A stretch of DNA of 64,000 bases from Amoebidium appalachense (GCA_963693365.1 CAVNZM010000016.1:5324543-5388542), one strand, 5' to 3'. Positions 1-14,454 are shown, counted from the stretch's first letter. Translations and numbers: made by a program. Notes: generated by a model not told the origin, from the sequence alone.

Positions 1-96
1 GGGGGGAGGGGATGTTCCCCGCCTCCATCGTGTTTTCTTTTATCTAACCTAGTCTCGTTCTTCTTTCTTTCTCTCTGACTTTCTTTTTCTTTTTTA

Positions 97-141
<45 letters not shown>

Positions 142-188
142 GGGGGCGAGGGGGGGGGGGGGGGGGGGGAAGGCAGGGTTTGAAATAC

Positions 189-583
189 CTCAGGGTTGCG
201 CGCGAGCAAGTCCAGAGCGGCGGATATGCTATTTATAGTGGTCTCGTAGGAGGCTATAAATAGAATGGCCAGGTTGTCATGCAGCAGCTCGCTGCCTATC
301 TGCCCGTCGTGACTTACAGCCAATAGGAGAGCCGACATCATGTCACGTGTGGCTGCAGTGGCCTTTTCACCTGTGGCCATTTTCTGTGGAAACCACGGGG
401 AAACGGGAGGGGGGGGGGGGGGGGGGGGGGGTAGTAAGAAAGCGTTATGGAGTACGGAGAATGTGTTAAAGAGTACTAAGAATGTGTCATAGAGTACAGA
501 GTACACATTCAGGCAGGACAACACAGTGCAGAGTGCCAAACAGACATAACCAGTGTGCAGGCATCATAAGCAGAGCCCGTCCT

Positions 584-635
<52 letters not shown>

Positions 636-765
636 TTGTCATCCTCAGTTTTAGAGTAGGCGCGGGGAGGAGGGGGGGGGGGGGGGTATGTCTTTGTATC
701 TCCAAATTCCATTCTCGACCCTGCCACGGTGGCACATACATGCACACAAACATGCACACACAATC

Positions 766-798
<33 letters not shown>

Positions 799-1288
799 GT
801 CAATTAGCCACCCCACCCCACACTTGCAACCCAACACAAAACACGAAAAACCCCCTCACCTCCATATCCTGTAGTCTCTCATCCACCAGCATCTGGCTGT
901 ATTTTCGCACGATCTTTTCAGCCTCCCACACGCGACGGTTGGACGCAGTGGGTATGCACCACAGCGAGGGAAAAGGGGCCAACATGCGATTGGCTATGGC
1001 ATCACCAATCAGAAGCAGCGCATTAAGAAGATCCTGTAATTACGGATCAGGTTATGAGAGGTCAAATGCGATTGGATAAGACATGGCCAATCAAAAACAG
1101 CGCTTTAAGATCACGTGGTTACGAGCAACGGTTGTTGAGGTCTGATGATGCATATAGGGATGTGACGTTACCATGACGTCACTTCTACGTCAATGTGACG
1201 TCAGCTTCAATGGTAGTTTTGGCCATTCACGTACACAATACAGCCTGGGAATAAATAGAAAAATCCTATGTTGAAACTACCCCGAGAT

Positions 1289-1320
<32 letters not shown>

Positions 1321-1994
1321 CCTGTTTTTTATTCTTTCTTTTTCTTTTGGCCCGAAAAATAGCAAGGCCGATTGGGGCAACAGGTTTCCTAGTGACAGCT
1401 GTTGCTGCCCCCCTCCCCCCCCCCCCCCCCCCCACACACGTGCACACATACACACACAGAGCGAGAGAGAAAGAGAGGGAGAGAGAAAAGGGGTGTGTGT
1501 GTGTGTGTGTGTGTGTGAGGGGAGGGGAGAGAAAGAGGGGGGGGGGGGGGAGAGGGAGCGGGAGAGAGAGGGTTGGTGAGGAGGGGGGGGGGGGAGGGGG
1601 GAGGGGGAGGGGAGGAGGAGGGAGGGGGGATCCCACGTACCTCGCTCTCGCCCTTCATGGTACCGAAGTCATGGTCGTAGGCAAAGACGCCAAACACATC
1701 GACCAGAAAGCGTGCGAACAGACTGGTGACGTCAACGGGATCACCGTTTGCACTGTCAATAGTCTTTTCTGCCTGCGGGGGGGGGGGGGGGGGGGGGGGG
1801 AGGGGGGGGGGGGGGGGAGGGGGGGGGGGGGGGGTGGAAGGATCGTGTTAGGGTTCTTGGTGTTGACACTGCTTGGTCGAAAAAACTTTACAAAAGAAAC
1901 AAAGGGAAAAAACAAAACGAAAAACGAAAAACAAAAAAAACAAAAAAGATATTGAATGTTGGTTGGAATGAGAACCTGGTTGGGCAGAATGTGT

Positions 1995-2073
<79 letters not shown>

Positions 2074-3325
2074 TACAGGCCCGCCTGCGAAGGAACAAAC
2101 CCAATATAAAAACTACCCTGAGAACGAACAACCCCTGGCAGGGCACCCCCCCCCCCCCCCCCCCCCTCCCCCCTTCCCCCAAACACCCACCCCCCCACGC
2201 CTCCGTTAGATCCTGAGTACTGGTGACCTCTTTTTTCTTTTTTTTTTTTCCCACTCCCCTGCAGTGCCTACCAACTAGTTACCGCACGTACATACTTCAC
2301 CGCATGCCCTTACATCCTAAAACCCTAATTTGTTATAACATGAAGCAGGACACCATCCTCCAACCAATATAGTTGGCAACACGAGAGAGAATGGAACATG
2401 CTAGTGCTCTGTCCCTCTCCATTTGCAATTGTCAAAGTTGGCGCTGCACGGTTGGCTTGTTGCACGTAGCATGCAGGCTACAATATCTTTTACTAAATGC
2501 ACATGCACGAACACTCCAAAAAGATCAATATATGCGGTGACGTCATAGCTCAACTGCGAACGAACAACCCTTAGAAGGAACAACCCTCGGGGAACCCAAT
2601 ACGGGTTGTTCCTTCATAGGCGTGACTGTAGCGTGCGTGTGTGTTGCAGTTGAAATACACCAAGTTGGACAAACCTCAGTGCTCAAGACCCCGAGTCTTT
2701 CTCGTCAGCATACCTTCATGCTTCTCCCGAAAATACCGCCCCAAAAAAAAACAACAGCAAAAAAACACAATTTTCATTGACGTTGACACACCAAGTTGGA
2801 CACACCCACCTGCTTTATGCCCCGAGTCATTATCGGCATCAAGTTTATGCCCGGTGATATCATCAAAAACCAAAAGAACCGCCACGCCTCATAAACGTTG
2901 ATACACACAAAGTTGGATAAGTTATAAACCCACCCGCTAAAAAACCCGAGTCATTACCGGCCTTGAGCATAAAGGGGCCAAAAAAAAAAAACAAAAAAAA
3001 AAAAAACAATGAACAACCTGGATAACATCGAGCAAAAAAAAAAAAAAAAAAACCCCCCCCCCCCCCCCTCCTGCCCCCCACTTTTCATGAACGGTGACAC
3101 ACTCCAAGTTAGATAAACCCACCTGCTCAATACCCCGGGTCATTATCGGTAGCATCCCCTCAAGTTTATGCCCGGTGATAGCGTTCAGAAGCAATTTTCG
3201 GGTGGTTGCCCATTCCTCCGTCTCGTGAAGCACAATGAGACTGCGGGGGTAGAAGTATCCCAACACAGCACGCATCATCTCACTGTTGACAAAATCGGCT
3301 CTTTTTGTGGTTAGAATCTGTGTAT

Positions 3326-3374
<49 letters not shown>

Positions 3375-3669
3375 GGGGAGGGTGGGTGGGTGGGTATGTG
3401 TAAGTGTGTAGGGGGGGGGGGGGGGGGGAGTGGGGGGGGGGGGAGAGATTGGGGGGGGGGGGGAGACGTTGGTGGGTTTGTGTGTGTGTGTGTGGGGGGG
3501 GGGGGGAGGGGGGGAGGGGGGGGAGGGTATGCGGGGGTGGGGGGTGGAGGGGAGGGGGGGAGGGGGGGGGGGGGGAGGGGTTGGTGTGAGAGCCTATGAG
3601 TGTGTGAGAGTGAGGGTATGTGTGTGTGTGTACATGTGTGTGTGTACGTGTGTTTACGTGTGTGTGTAC

Positions 3670-3700
<31 letters not shown>

Positions 3701-3703
3701 TGT

Positions 3704-3754
<51 letters not shown>

Positions 3755-4238
3755 TGTGTGTGTATTTGTGTGTGTGCACCAGTGTGTGCGCGTCCTTGTA
3801 CGGCCGTGTCTGCGTGCATTATGCCAGGTGGGAATAGGTGAAGTAGGTGGGAGAGAGGGAAACGAAAGGGGGAGGGAGGGGGTATGGGTGCACCCATAAG
3901 AGGGTGGGGTGTGGTGATGGGTATGCAATATCATATAATTATAAGGTGGCTATCTTGAAGGCAAAGACATTCAAAAAATACAATATAATAACGGAAAAAA
4001 CGAAAGCAAAACGTTTGGGCAGAATATACTCGAACGTAGCCCATCAAAAGGACGTTTTATGTGCATTCAGAGAGGGGTAGAAGGATATTGTAGATGTGTA
4101 CCTCACGGACAATAGCAGGGTCCGAAATGAACAGCATTTTCTGTGGCCCAGCCTTGTACGCTACCACCGAACCATATAGCTCGTGCAGCCTCGACGTTGC
4201 TGCTCGCACATCTCGCATATCACCGCCCTGGAATGGAA

Positions 4239-4316
<78 letters not shown>

Positions 4317-4405
4317 CGAGAGAGAAAGAGAGAGAGAAGAGAGAGAGTGTGTGTATGTGTGTGGTGTGTGTGTGTGTGTGTGTGAGTGAGTGTGCGTGCG
4401 CGCGT

Positions 4406-4487
<82 letters not shown>

Positions 4488-5650
4488 TTGTGTGGTTGTT
4501 TGAGAAGAGGGCGGAACGGGCAGGGGGGGGGGGGGGGAGCATGTGAGGAATAGTAAGAAGTATTCATTCATGACGGGTACCGTAATGTGGATGTACCGAG
4601 GGCGGGGGAGGGGGGAGGAAGGTGTGGGGAGAAGGGAGAGAGAAAAGGAGGAAGTTATAGAGGGGGGGAAATGATGATGAGCGGAGGGGAAGGGGGGACA
4701 TGGGCGACATGGTAACTGTATGTGCGGGAGAAAGAAGAGGGGGGGGGGGGAGAGGGGGGGGGGGGGGGCAATGTTACAAGAAAACATAAGGTGTAATATT
4801 GCATGAAAGAGTGCGAAAAGAACACAGTTGAATGTTACGGTTGTTAATGTAGTTTCATGATGAAATGAAGGTCTCCTGTGCTTCTCACGACTGGGGGGGA
4901 AGGCGAAGAGAGTCTTTCTTGTCACCCTTCACGAAAAAAACTTATGAGACATCCCATACTTTGGATGACTAAAACACTTGCCTAAACAACTCGTCGATCA
5001 AACACCCCTTGCTTAACTTCAACCAGTAGATATGATATGACATGAGTTCCAATGTGCGTATCAACAACATGAAACGGTCAGTAGAGAAATCTATAAATAG
5101 TCTAACTTTTATAGATCGACAGTGGGAACACTCCCAATGTGGTTTGGGGGTGGGGGGAGATGGTGGGGCACTGGAGGGGCAGAAGGGGAGAGAAGGGAGG
5201 GGGGGGGGGGGGGGGGGGGGAAAGAGGTAGGGGCTTTACTTCCGTAAAATCAGAATGGAAACAGCTACAGAATTCACCTCCCATTCCAACCCATTCAGCC
5301 CCCGGCTGGTTCTTCAGCAAAACCGCCCCCCCCCCCCCCCCCCCCCCCCTAATACCCCATCCCCCCCCCCCCCTCCCCCCCCCCCCCCCCCCCCGCCCAA
5401 CATACACACACAAAACCTACCAAACAAACAAAAAAATCAGTCCGTATGCACCGTAACGAAAGTCTACCACAAATCTATGTGAGGCGCATCGGGGAATATT
5501 TGTAGAAGTGTTTTATTTATTAAAAGATAAACAATTCCGTGTTTCTTTTGCAATGCAGTACTATAAATAATATAAATACGTGGAGGTAAAATCTGAAAAA
5601 GTGACTTAGATATCGCACGAAGCAAACAATCGAGTGGTACAAGAGAGGGT

Positions 5651-5682
<32 letters not shown>

Positions 5683-6009
5683 AGGTGAAAGCCAAATGCC
5701 TGATAATATGAAAATAATATCACAAAGACATAAATTCGCATCGTATGATGATTGCTCATTCAGGCCTAATCGACATTGTGTGGCCCTACCTGGAATATAT
5801 TGCCGACGATAGGTAGGGGTGTAGGCCCAGGCAGTTTTGTCAGCTTGCCGTGTTTGGCTTCGAGCTCTGACACAACCCTTGACTCCTCGTACCATTTCCT
5901 GGTTGCACATACATAGAAAAATAAAAAGAATTAGCTGTTAGTATCGAAGCCCAAAAAGGAAACGGCGACCAAAGAAGAGAGAGCTCTATTCTGTTTTTCG
6001 ATACAATAA

Positions 6010-6070
<61 letters not shown>

Positions 6071-6195
6071 ACACACAAAAAAAAAAAAAAGAAAAGAAAA
6101 CAAAAGAAAAGAAAACAAAAAAAAGAAAAACAAAAATACACAGATACACATACACACAGACTGGCACTCCTATTTCGACCACACCATCACCACAG

Positions 6196-6232
<37 letters not shown>

Positions 6233-6246
6233 CCCCCACCAAAACA

Positions 6247-6294
<48 letters not shown>

Positions 6295-6787
6295 CACACA
6301 CATCAGTATCCTTCGTCCCCCCCCCCCCCCTTCTCTCCCTCGCTATGTTCCTTTCGTTCAACAGTGTAAGCCTGCCCCCTTCCCAAACTTAAACCCCCCC
6401 CTCCCTCCCCCCCCCCCCCCCCCCCCCCCCCATCCCCTCCCCTCATCCCCCAACACACACATACCCACCTTCCTCCCTCCGTCCCCCTCCCTCCCTCCCT
6501 CCCCTCCTTCCCCAATATCAGGAGACGGTACAGTCCCTGCCCCCCTCCCCCCCCCCCCCCGCCCCCCCCCCCCTTCCTTTGCCCCCACGCTGCCCACCCG
6601 CCTGCCCGTCCTGTACCATCCCCCAATATTGGGGGAGGAGGAGAGGGGAGGAGGTGGGGCATAATGGGAGAACGAATTTCACGCCAATGTAACCAGATGC
6701 TGCTGCTGCATGCAATAGGATCTCAGGGTAGAAAACAGCAGTGGAAAGGTGGGGTACACGGAAGGGGGGGGGGGGGGGGGGGGAGGC

Positions 6788-6818
<31 letters not shown>

Positions 6819-6983
6819 GGGGGACTGAAAGATGGCATGGTGGAATGCAACTAAAGATAGCTCTTTTCAATCTTTCCTCACACACCTCAGCCACATAGCG
6901 ACACAGGTGCCCAGCAGTAGGGTGAGGGTGATGGTAGTCCGATCCTGGCTGGCCGTAGCCAGAATGGTAGAGGTGATGCTCAT
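189..6983 (-). CDS. Cytochrome P450, 5' part (gene continues past the left edge). Exons 6983-6886, 5898-5790, 4227-4102, 3317-3123, 1772-1641, 1033-860, 383-189
   Basis: All introns are GT-AG with matching phases. The spliced protein has an N-terminal hydrophobic anchor ([17 protein letters not shown]), a proline hinge ([13 protein letters not shown]), C-helix WxxxR (WATTRK) and I-helix LFIASYETT. The ExxR and heme-Cys motifs would lie outside the window. Confidence 0.9.
1060..1205. promoter_or_regulatory. Cluster of CRE-like (TGACGTCA), E-box and CCAAT motifs inside a P450 intron
   Basis: TGACGTCA at 1174 and 1196, TGACGTTA at 1163, CACGTG at ~1112, CCAATCA at ~1088 and ATTGG at ~1071, all within 150 bp. 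Confidence 0.35.
2641..2960 (-). repeat. Three degenerate tandem copies of the 3' end and donor of P450 exon 3317-3123
   Basis: 2781-2860 (ccaagttggacacacccacctgct...gagtcattatcggcatcaagtttatgcccggtgata) matches 3091-3180. Weaker copies lie at ~2650-2720 and ~2896-2960. Confidence 0.75.
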
Positions 6984-8140
6984 GCTGCCAACTAAAAGAA
7001 GCAGAACTCTGTTAGCTCGATGCTACACTGCAGAGTGAATTGTCCCCTGAGATAGATGTTCCTCAAAAAAGACGAAAGAAGGGGGTGAAGAAGGGATATG
7101 CAGGTCGGAAGAAGTTGAGCGTGGTTGGCTCTTGGTTTTAACCTCGAGGCTACAATCACTATTCTCGTGGCTGCATAATCTAAAAAGGTTACAATGATGA
7201 GATTGATTTGCGTGCAATATCAAGTGCTGCGAGGTCTTACGTGTCAAATCAGCGAGTCCCGCTTTGCATCAACAGAATCTTACTGTTCCTAATCTGCTCT
7301 CCGATGCATTTATTTTTCATTCTATTTTTTTTTGATTTACTAGTAGACAGCTGAAGTAGGCATGTTAGTTAGAGATTGAGAATGATAGGGCTCCAACAGC
7401 TGTGTTGAATGAACATCTATAGAAAACAAGACATGAACACGAAGACGTGAGCGCATCTCTGCAAACTGGAATAGATCATCGAAACAAAATAGAAAGGCGC
7501 ACAAAAATAATGAGAGAAAGTGTGCCCCAGCTGGGCTAAACATTACGAACAGTCCACACACCGTTAAAACGATTGGATCCAGCCGCCCAAACATCAGCAA
7601 AAAGATTCCAAAAATGGGCTTCGAAACAGGGAACAAACGGAACGAGGAGAAAAGAGTAAAATCAGGTGGGACTTATACCTAACTAATTACCTCTGTAGTA
7701 TTATTAGGAAAAACCCCACTACTTTGGCCCTTTCACGCTCACTAACGGGGTTTAGCTGACAGCCACAACGACGATATCGATTCAAGGTCTGTTCATGGAT
7801 GTTTTATATTTATGTTCCATGGAGTTCTTACTTTCAGACTAATCTAGCCGCTTTTGAAGCGCTCTAAGCCAATCACAGATAGAGAATCTTTCGCATGTGA
7901 CGTCACGTCCCATGGTTTTTCGTGTGCTCGGCTGTTTTGTATCGCCTTAAGTGCCCAACAGTTTCGGCAGGATATTATTAGGGAGGTGGGAGGGGAGGCC
8001 CGACGTAGTGGCGAATTGCAGTGGTAGTATGTGTGGTGGTGTGTATTCGTGTGTGTGAGACGCTGTACGGGGATGGGGGCGGTGGGACAGAGCGGAGAGG
8101 AGGGAGGAAGAGGGAGAGAGAGAGGGAGGGGAGGGGGAGG

Positions 8141-8193
<53 letters not shown>

Positions 8194-9283
8194 AGGGTTG
8201 TTGGGGGTTAGGTAAAAGTTGTTTTCAGCAGAAAGTCTCACGGAAAGAACGACTCGAATCCGTTCACCAACTCTCAGTAAGAACAAATGGACCATGACCT
8301 ATACTTCTGTTTGGGGTGAATAGCTTGGGAATCATTTGGCAAGCATGATTGTTCACTGAGATGGATTTATACTTTGGGACGTCATTGTGCCTTTTGCTTA
8401 GTTTACATCTTGTCGCAGATCCGCTGCTCGCAAGGTTTTTCAACGCGTATCCTACCCCACTCCTCCCTCCCCCCCTCCCCTCCCCCCCACCGATATATGA
8501 GACACAAACACCGTGTATTTGTGGCCGGCTTCGAAGATCTAGCTACTCGGATCTAGGTGGTTTCACTGCAGTGTGTGGCGGCGGCGCTCTGCTCCTTGGC
8601 ATGTGAATCAGTAAGCACTAATCAGGGATAATTTCTGGGGGCTTTAAGTGACACACTTGGTTGGTTTAGCAGCAAGTCTTAGGTGTTCAAGAACAATTTT
8701 CAGGTCCCGTGGCCTTTTTTTGAGCTTCGGTCCCCCACAAAAGCCCGAGGATAGTATAATGCAATAGTAAAGTATATACGTTTTAGACTAATTTTATATG
8801 AATGATGCGCTGTAAGCCAATGTAACAGTCCAAGTTGCTGACCGATGACGTAATCACGGCTATTGGAATCAACGTTTGCGGGCGCACCATTTCAACCACA
8901 AAAGGCAGCTGCACAGGAGCACCAAGCTTGGCAAAAGTGAACCTGTCACTTTCTCACTTCACTTCCATTTCTGAGCCTGTTTTTTTTTTTCTTCTTGTCA
9001 CAGAGTCGTCGTTGAGGTACTTTATGATTTAAGATCTTAAAACCTGGTAGCATTCCGGGCAGACATACAGGGAACGGTTTGGCCGTTTCTCAGTGACTTC
9101 TTATCGTGTTCTACCATTTTCCTCACACAGGGCGTTGGTAGTTGTCTGTGCCACCGGCACCCTCCTTCTGCCGTAGATTCATACAAGGCCTTTGAAAAGT
9201 CCGACAGCACAGTTGAAGTCCGTCCAAACAACTCACCATCTCTTTTGTCAGCATTATACCAGTATTTTGACCCCAACTTGAAA

Positions 9284-10072
9284 ATGCAAAAACCCATCGA
9301 ACTCCAGGTGGTCAGCTTCAACATCAGATTTGCCAGCGCACGTGACGGCAGCAACAACTGGGACCTGCGCCGCCATGCATGTCAAGAAGCAGTCAAGAAG
9401 CAAAACCCAGACATTTTCGGTCTCCAAGAGGCAGAATACTCCCAGTTCGAGTTTTTCAAATCATCCTTCCTCGACTACTCCTGTGTGGGTGCATTCCGTG
9501 ACGACGGATACAGAGGTGGGGAGGGTTCTCCTGTGTTCTACCGCACATCCTCATTTCATGTTGTAGAAAGCGGCACGTTCTGGTTCTCTGACACCCCTCA
9601 TGTTCCTGGTTCGCGCTCTTACGGCAACAATCTCCCACGCATCGCCACCTATGCTCACCTACGCCAAATCCACACGGGGACTGAGTTTGTCGTGTACAGC
9701 ACACATCTCGATCATGAGTCGGCAAAATCACGTGTTCAGAGTGCCGAGCAGCTTATTAAGCACGCCGAAGCCAGATTCGGCTGCATGCCACGGGTGATCA
9801 TGGGTGATTTCAACTGTGCAAGCGAATCTTCTGCGGAGGTTGAGAGATTCAAGCAGGGAGGGTATGTGGATTCTTTCCGTGTGGTGCACCCGAAGGAGAA
9901 GCAGGCCAGCACGTTTCACAACTGGACGGGGAGTGTTCTGGGCACAAAGATCGACTTTATTTTTACCAGCAAGGAGTGGGCGGTTGTGGATGCGACCATT
10001 GTTCGTGAGCGTGTGGATTCTCGTTTCCCTTCTGATCACTTTCCTGTGACTGCCAGGTTGATGTTGAAATAG
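9284..10072 (+). CDS. Endonuclease/exonuclease/phosphatase (EEP) family protein, intronless, 262 aa
   Basis: Full EEP motif set: SFNIR, PDIFGLQE, STHLDH, IMGDFN, KIDFIF, PSDHFPV. Confidence 0.93.
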   Translation: MQKPIELQVVSFNIRFASARDGSNNWDLRRHACQEAVKKQNPDIFGLQEAEYSQFEFFKSSFLDYSCVGAFRDDGYRGGEGSPVFYRTSSFHVVESGTFWFSDTPHVPGSRSYGNNLPRIATYAHLRQIHTGTEFVVYSTHLDHESAKSRVQSAEQLIKHAEARFGCMPRVIMGDFNCASESSAEVERFKQGGYVDSFRVVHPKEKQASTFHNWTGSVLGTKIDFIFTSKEWAVVDATIVRERVDSRFPSDHFPVTARLMLK

Positions 10073-10566
10073 GATGGTCAGTCAAAGTTTGTTTGGGGAC
10101 GGAAACCCCGTTTTGTAAAAATCCAGTTAAAAGTGTTCAGCGGCAGTGTTGGTTGTGTTACTGTTCTCATTAAACTCGCACCCGCAAGATTGTGTCACTT
10201 GTGTTTCGTACTAGGCAAAGGATTAAGCTTGTAGTAGCAACTATTGGTATCTGGAAACAATCGCATGCTGGGTGTGCTGCAAGTTATAATAATGATATTA
10301 CGTCTCACGTTCCTCTGACTTCTCGGCAGCTCCCTCCTCCCCTCCCCCCTCCCCCCCCTCCCCCCCCCCTCCCCACCACCACCACCCAATACACACATAC
10401 ACACACCCGAAAGCGCGCACATGCAAGCGCACGCTTGCGCGTTTTCAGACACGCAACACGCACACGCACACACCAAACTGACAAATAGTTCCAGCGTTTC
10501 TCCCTCCTTCTTCCGTTTCTGAGGCATCCGATCAGCGTTTCCCTTCGGCCCCTTTCTTCACCCCCC

Positions 10567-10598
<32 letters not shown>

Positions 10599-11373
10599 AA
10601 AAAAAAAAAAAAACCTCCCCAGCCTCCTCCCTTCCCCCCTCCCTTCCCAAAGCCTCCCCATCCCCTCCCCTCCTCTCCCCCCCCCCCCCCCTCCCTCCCC
10701 CCGGGCCCCCACACCCACCAACACACAAGGACACCCACGGAAGCACAGCACGGAAGCACACAGAAACAGATAGCAGTCATTGAATGCTCTCGTCGAATGG
10801 TGTTGTGCTCAAGAATTTTCCGGGTCCATATGTTTAGGTCTTCATCTTTTCAGGCTATATGTAGCCTTAGGAAGAAAAAGAAGTACCTAAAGAGGAATGC
10901 GGAATCGTGTTTGTTGACCTAACTGAAAGGGAGAAAGAGGAAACACCCAAAGTTGGCAAAGTTCCCCTGGCCTTTTTTTTAAACGCCCGGCCCGCTCTGA
11001 CTCCCGAGGTACACCTCACGAGGAGTGTAAATTGTTGTTTTTGGAGCCATCAGAGGAGACAATATTTTAGCCAATCAATACCACGATGAGAAGTTAACGC
11101 GACAATCAATTTTGTCGCAACTGCTTTCCTTTTTGGGCCATTTTACCCTCCTCGCAACTAGGGTGACCAGTGACTCAGAGTCACAAGGCCGAAACTTGAC
11201 ACCAGTTTTCGTTTTTTTTGGACCTCTTTTGTAATAAGTTGAAAGATTTGTGAAGAAAACATCGTTTTGTTTTCTTGTATGAATAATAGTTTAAGGGTCG
11301 TGCACCTGCTGTAGGTGTATTAAAGAAAACCTTATAACTGTGGTGGTGTTTCGCTCAGCGGTGACGAGCGAAA

Positions 11374-11950
11374 ATGGGGAAAATGTTTCGGTCTATAGAG
11401 ATGTGCAAGCTGCAGCTGATTATTCAGTCAGATGGTAATTCCCCACATATGGATATACATAGGTCTTATGCATGCCTGGGCTCTTCCAAGGTTTGGATTC
11501 CGTGCAGTTGAGTGACGCCTAGGTTCTGGTTTTCATTTGAAGTTCCTGGATGAACAGGAGTGGTGCCGCTTGTGTCGGAGTTATCTGTGCTTTTCCTCGA
11601 AAGCGTTACTGAGCATCGGAATTGGGTGATTTTGTGGTCGAGAAAGAACCACACCCACAGCGTGGCTGGCGCCGACTTGGTTTCAGCGCGACACTGATTG
11701 CTTGAACAAAAAAGAAAGCGCGACTTCAGCCGCCCACGGCATTCACACCGTTTTGCTCGCTGTTTCTTAACCCACTTCCCCTTTCTGACCTTAAATTCTT
11801 TCATCCCTTCGATACAGCCGTCTATGAGTCCGTCGGTGAACTGGGCGAACTTGGCGCCATCATGTTTGCTGATGTAAGTAGCTCATTTGAAGAGTTACCA
11901 ACACCATCAACACACCCACCATCCTGCCTCCCCCCCACCCCCCCAACTCA

Positions 11951-11999
<49 letters not shown>

Positions 12000-13893
12000 C
12001 ACATCTCAAGTCTTACCTTCCCACGCCACGGCTATTAGCCTCCCCACTCCATTTTTTAGCCAAAACCATTCGGCACCCTGCTCTGTTTTCTGCTTGCAGT
12101 TATCAGAGAAATGCTGTGATCGGCTTTTTGTCACAATTTCATTGCAAAGCAGCTTACTTGTGACAGTTCTTTGTGTCATACGGGAAGCACCTCTAGTAAC
12201 TGTAACGTGAACGAACGACCAATATGCTTAAGCAGATTATCAACACACTGGTGCTAGATCCTTGCGAGCTACGTTGTGGTTGATAGAAGGAGATTCTTTG
12301 GACTGCATATGCATTTTTTCGTGGCTGGGGTAGCATGGAAGAAAATTATCCCCGTTTCTCTCCACCCGTCCCCTCGTCCCTCCCCCCACCTCTGCCACCG
12401 CCGCCACCACTACCCCTACCTCCACTTCTCACAGGTATATCTGGAACTACCTCTAAGCCCCCCCCCCCCCCCCCCCCCCCCCCGGCGCCGCCTGGCCGCC
12501 TGCCCCTTCCCCCCTTCCCCTTATACAGCTCAATCCGGGTGTCAACGCTTTTCAGCGCAACTTCGTCAAGGAGATACGCCTTGCTGAGGAAATGGAACGC
12601 AAAGTCCGTAAGTGGGGCCGTGTTCCCTGTTTGATTAATTCGGTCACTGTGTTTGAGTTTTATTTCTGGTGGGTCGTATTTTGTTCTTGAGTACAAAAAA
12701 ATGGGACTATACTAACTCTCAAAGCTAATTGAAGCTAATGGGTGCTTGTGTAGCATATAGACAGCTTTAGATGGGGCAATGAAGTGAGGAGCTGCAAAGC
12801 GGAAAGTGTCGCTTGGGAATTTGGGAATGGGTGTATGTTTGATTGCATGGAACGTTATGGCCTTTTTGGGTGTTGAGAAGAAGAAGCAAATAGTGTGTGG
12901 TGGTGGTGGGAGGGGGTGGGGTGGGGGGGGGGGGGGGGGGACAAAACTGCCTTATGTAAGGGTGAGCTGGCATTTTCTCATCTTGGAACGCTGTCCATGC
13001 TGATTTCTAAACCCCCTTTTTTCGTTTCTTTTCTTTTCTTTCTATCCTTTTTCTTCCCTTTTTTTTTTTTTTTTTTTTATCCCGGTGCAGGTTTTTTTGC
13101 TCAGCAGCTGACTGAGGCCCGCATGGTTGAGGACATCAACGACTATGTGTCCAAGGACTCGGCTCCAAAGGTGGGTGGGAGGAATGTAAAATATAACAGC
13201 AATGGTCGTGATTTTATGTTTATTTGTTACTTCATTAGTTAGGGATACTATAAAGTGCTGATATTTGTATTTATTGCTGCATTAGTCGAAAAGAAGAACA
13301 TTTTGACGGATTATGACCGATGTTTGGACTGGTGGGTGGCACGAAAATAACACAGCATTAATGATGGTGATAGTAGTATATGTGGGTGGGTATCTAGTGA
13401 TAATGACAAGTAAAAGGAAAACAAATACAGTCAATAGTCGGTGAGCAACGTATCTCGTCTATGTGTGCTTCCCTACTTGTGCACAAGAACGTACCTCTGT
13501 GTATGTAGGTATGTAGGTGTGTGTGCTCTGCTTTTTTGCATATCACTCCGTACTCGGTTAAGCTACATAGTTGTTTCTTACTTCTGACCCTGCGTCTTTC
13601 TTCTTTTCAATGTGGACCTAGTCTTATTCCATCGTCCACCCGTCCCCCCCCCCCCCCCCCCCCCCCTCCCCCTCTTCCCTGAGGATGGGCTCTGCTTATT
13701 ATGCATACTCTTGTGGTTGACACTTTGCATTCTGTTGTCCGTTGTGAATGTGTACTTCATAATTTGTGACGCATTCACCCCCCCCCCCCCTCTTCCCTTC
13801 TCCCGTCACAGGCACTGCAGCACCTTTTTATTTGTTGTGGATGTTCATAACCTTTACTGTGTATTACATTCTGACAAAACCACACCCTTTTGT

Positions 13894-13942
<49 letters not shown>

Positions 13943-14187
13943 CCCCCGTCACCACATCCCCCTCCCCCCCCTGCAGTTTGCTCTTCCGACGGAAAACGAG
14001 ATTCCCGAGCTTGACCAGAAGCTCACGGAACTCGAAAACGAAGTGCGGCAAATGAACCAGAACGAGACGGATTTGCAGAAGAACTTTCTGGAACTAACCG
14101 AACTGAGGCACATTGTCAAGGAGGCGGCGGCGTTTTTTATGGAGGTGTGTGTGTGTGTGTGTGGTGTGTGTGGTGGTGGTGGTGGTG

Positions 14188-14218
<31 letters not shown>

Positions 14219-14417
14219 GGGGGGGGGGTAGATGGGTGTGGGTGGATGGGAGGGAGTGGTAGATGGGTGTAGGTGGCGTGTGTGTGTTTTTTTTTTTTGG
14301 GGGGGGGGGGGGGGGTGGACGGGCGGATGTGTGTGTGTGTGTTTTAAAGCATTCTTAGCCCTAGTCTGTGTGGTTTTGGTTACTCGGATTCCGTTGTCGC
14401 ATCTTGTGCCATCGGCA

Positions 14418-14454
<37 letters not shown>

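Noticed and set aside
2574-2615. 13-bp stem hairpin (gaaggaacaaccc/gggttgttccttc) as a Helitron end or terminator
   Set aside because: It is isolated, has no CTRR terminus at the expected distance, and has no second copy in the window.
7340-7636. 98-aa hydrophobic ORF upstream of the P450
   Set aside because: It has a non-ATG start, no recognisable motif and no supporting splice structure.
13677-13720. Hammerhead ribozyme core (CUGAGGA) in repeat family A
   Set aside because: No stem II followed by GAAA is visible in any copy.
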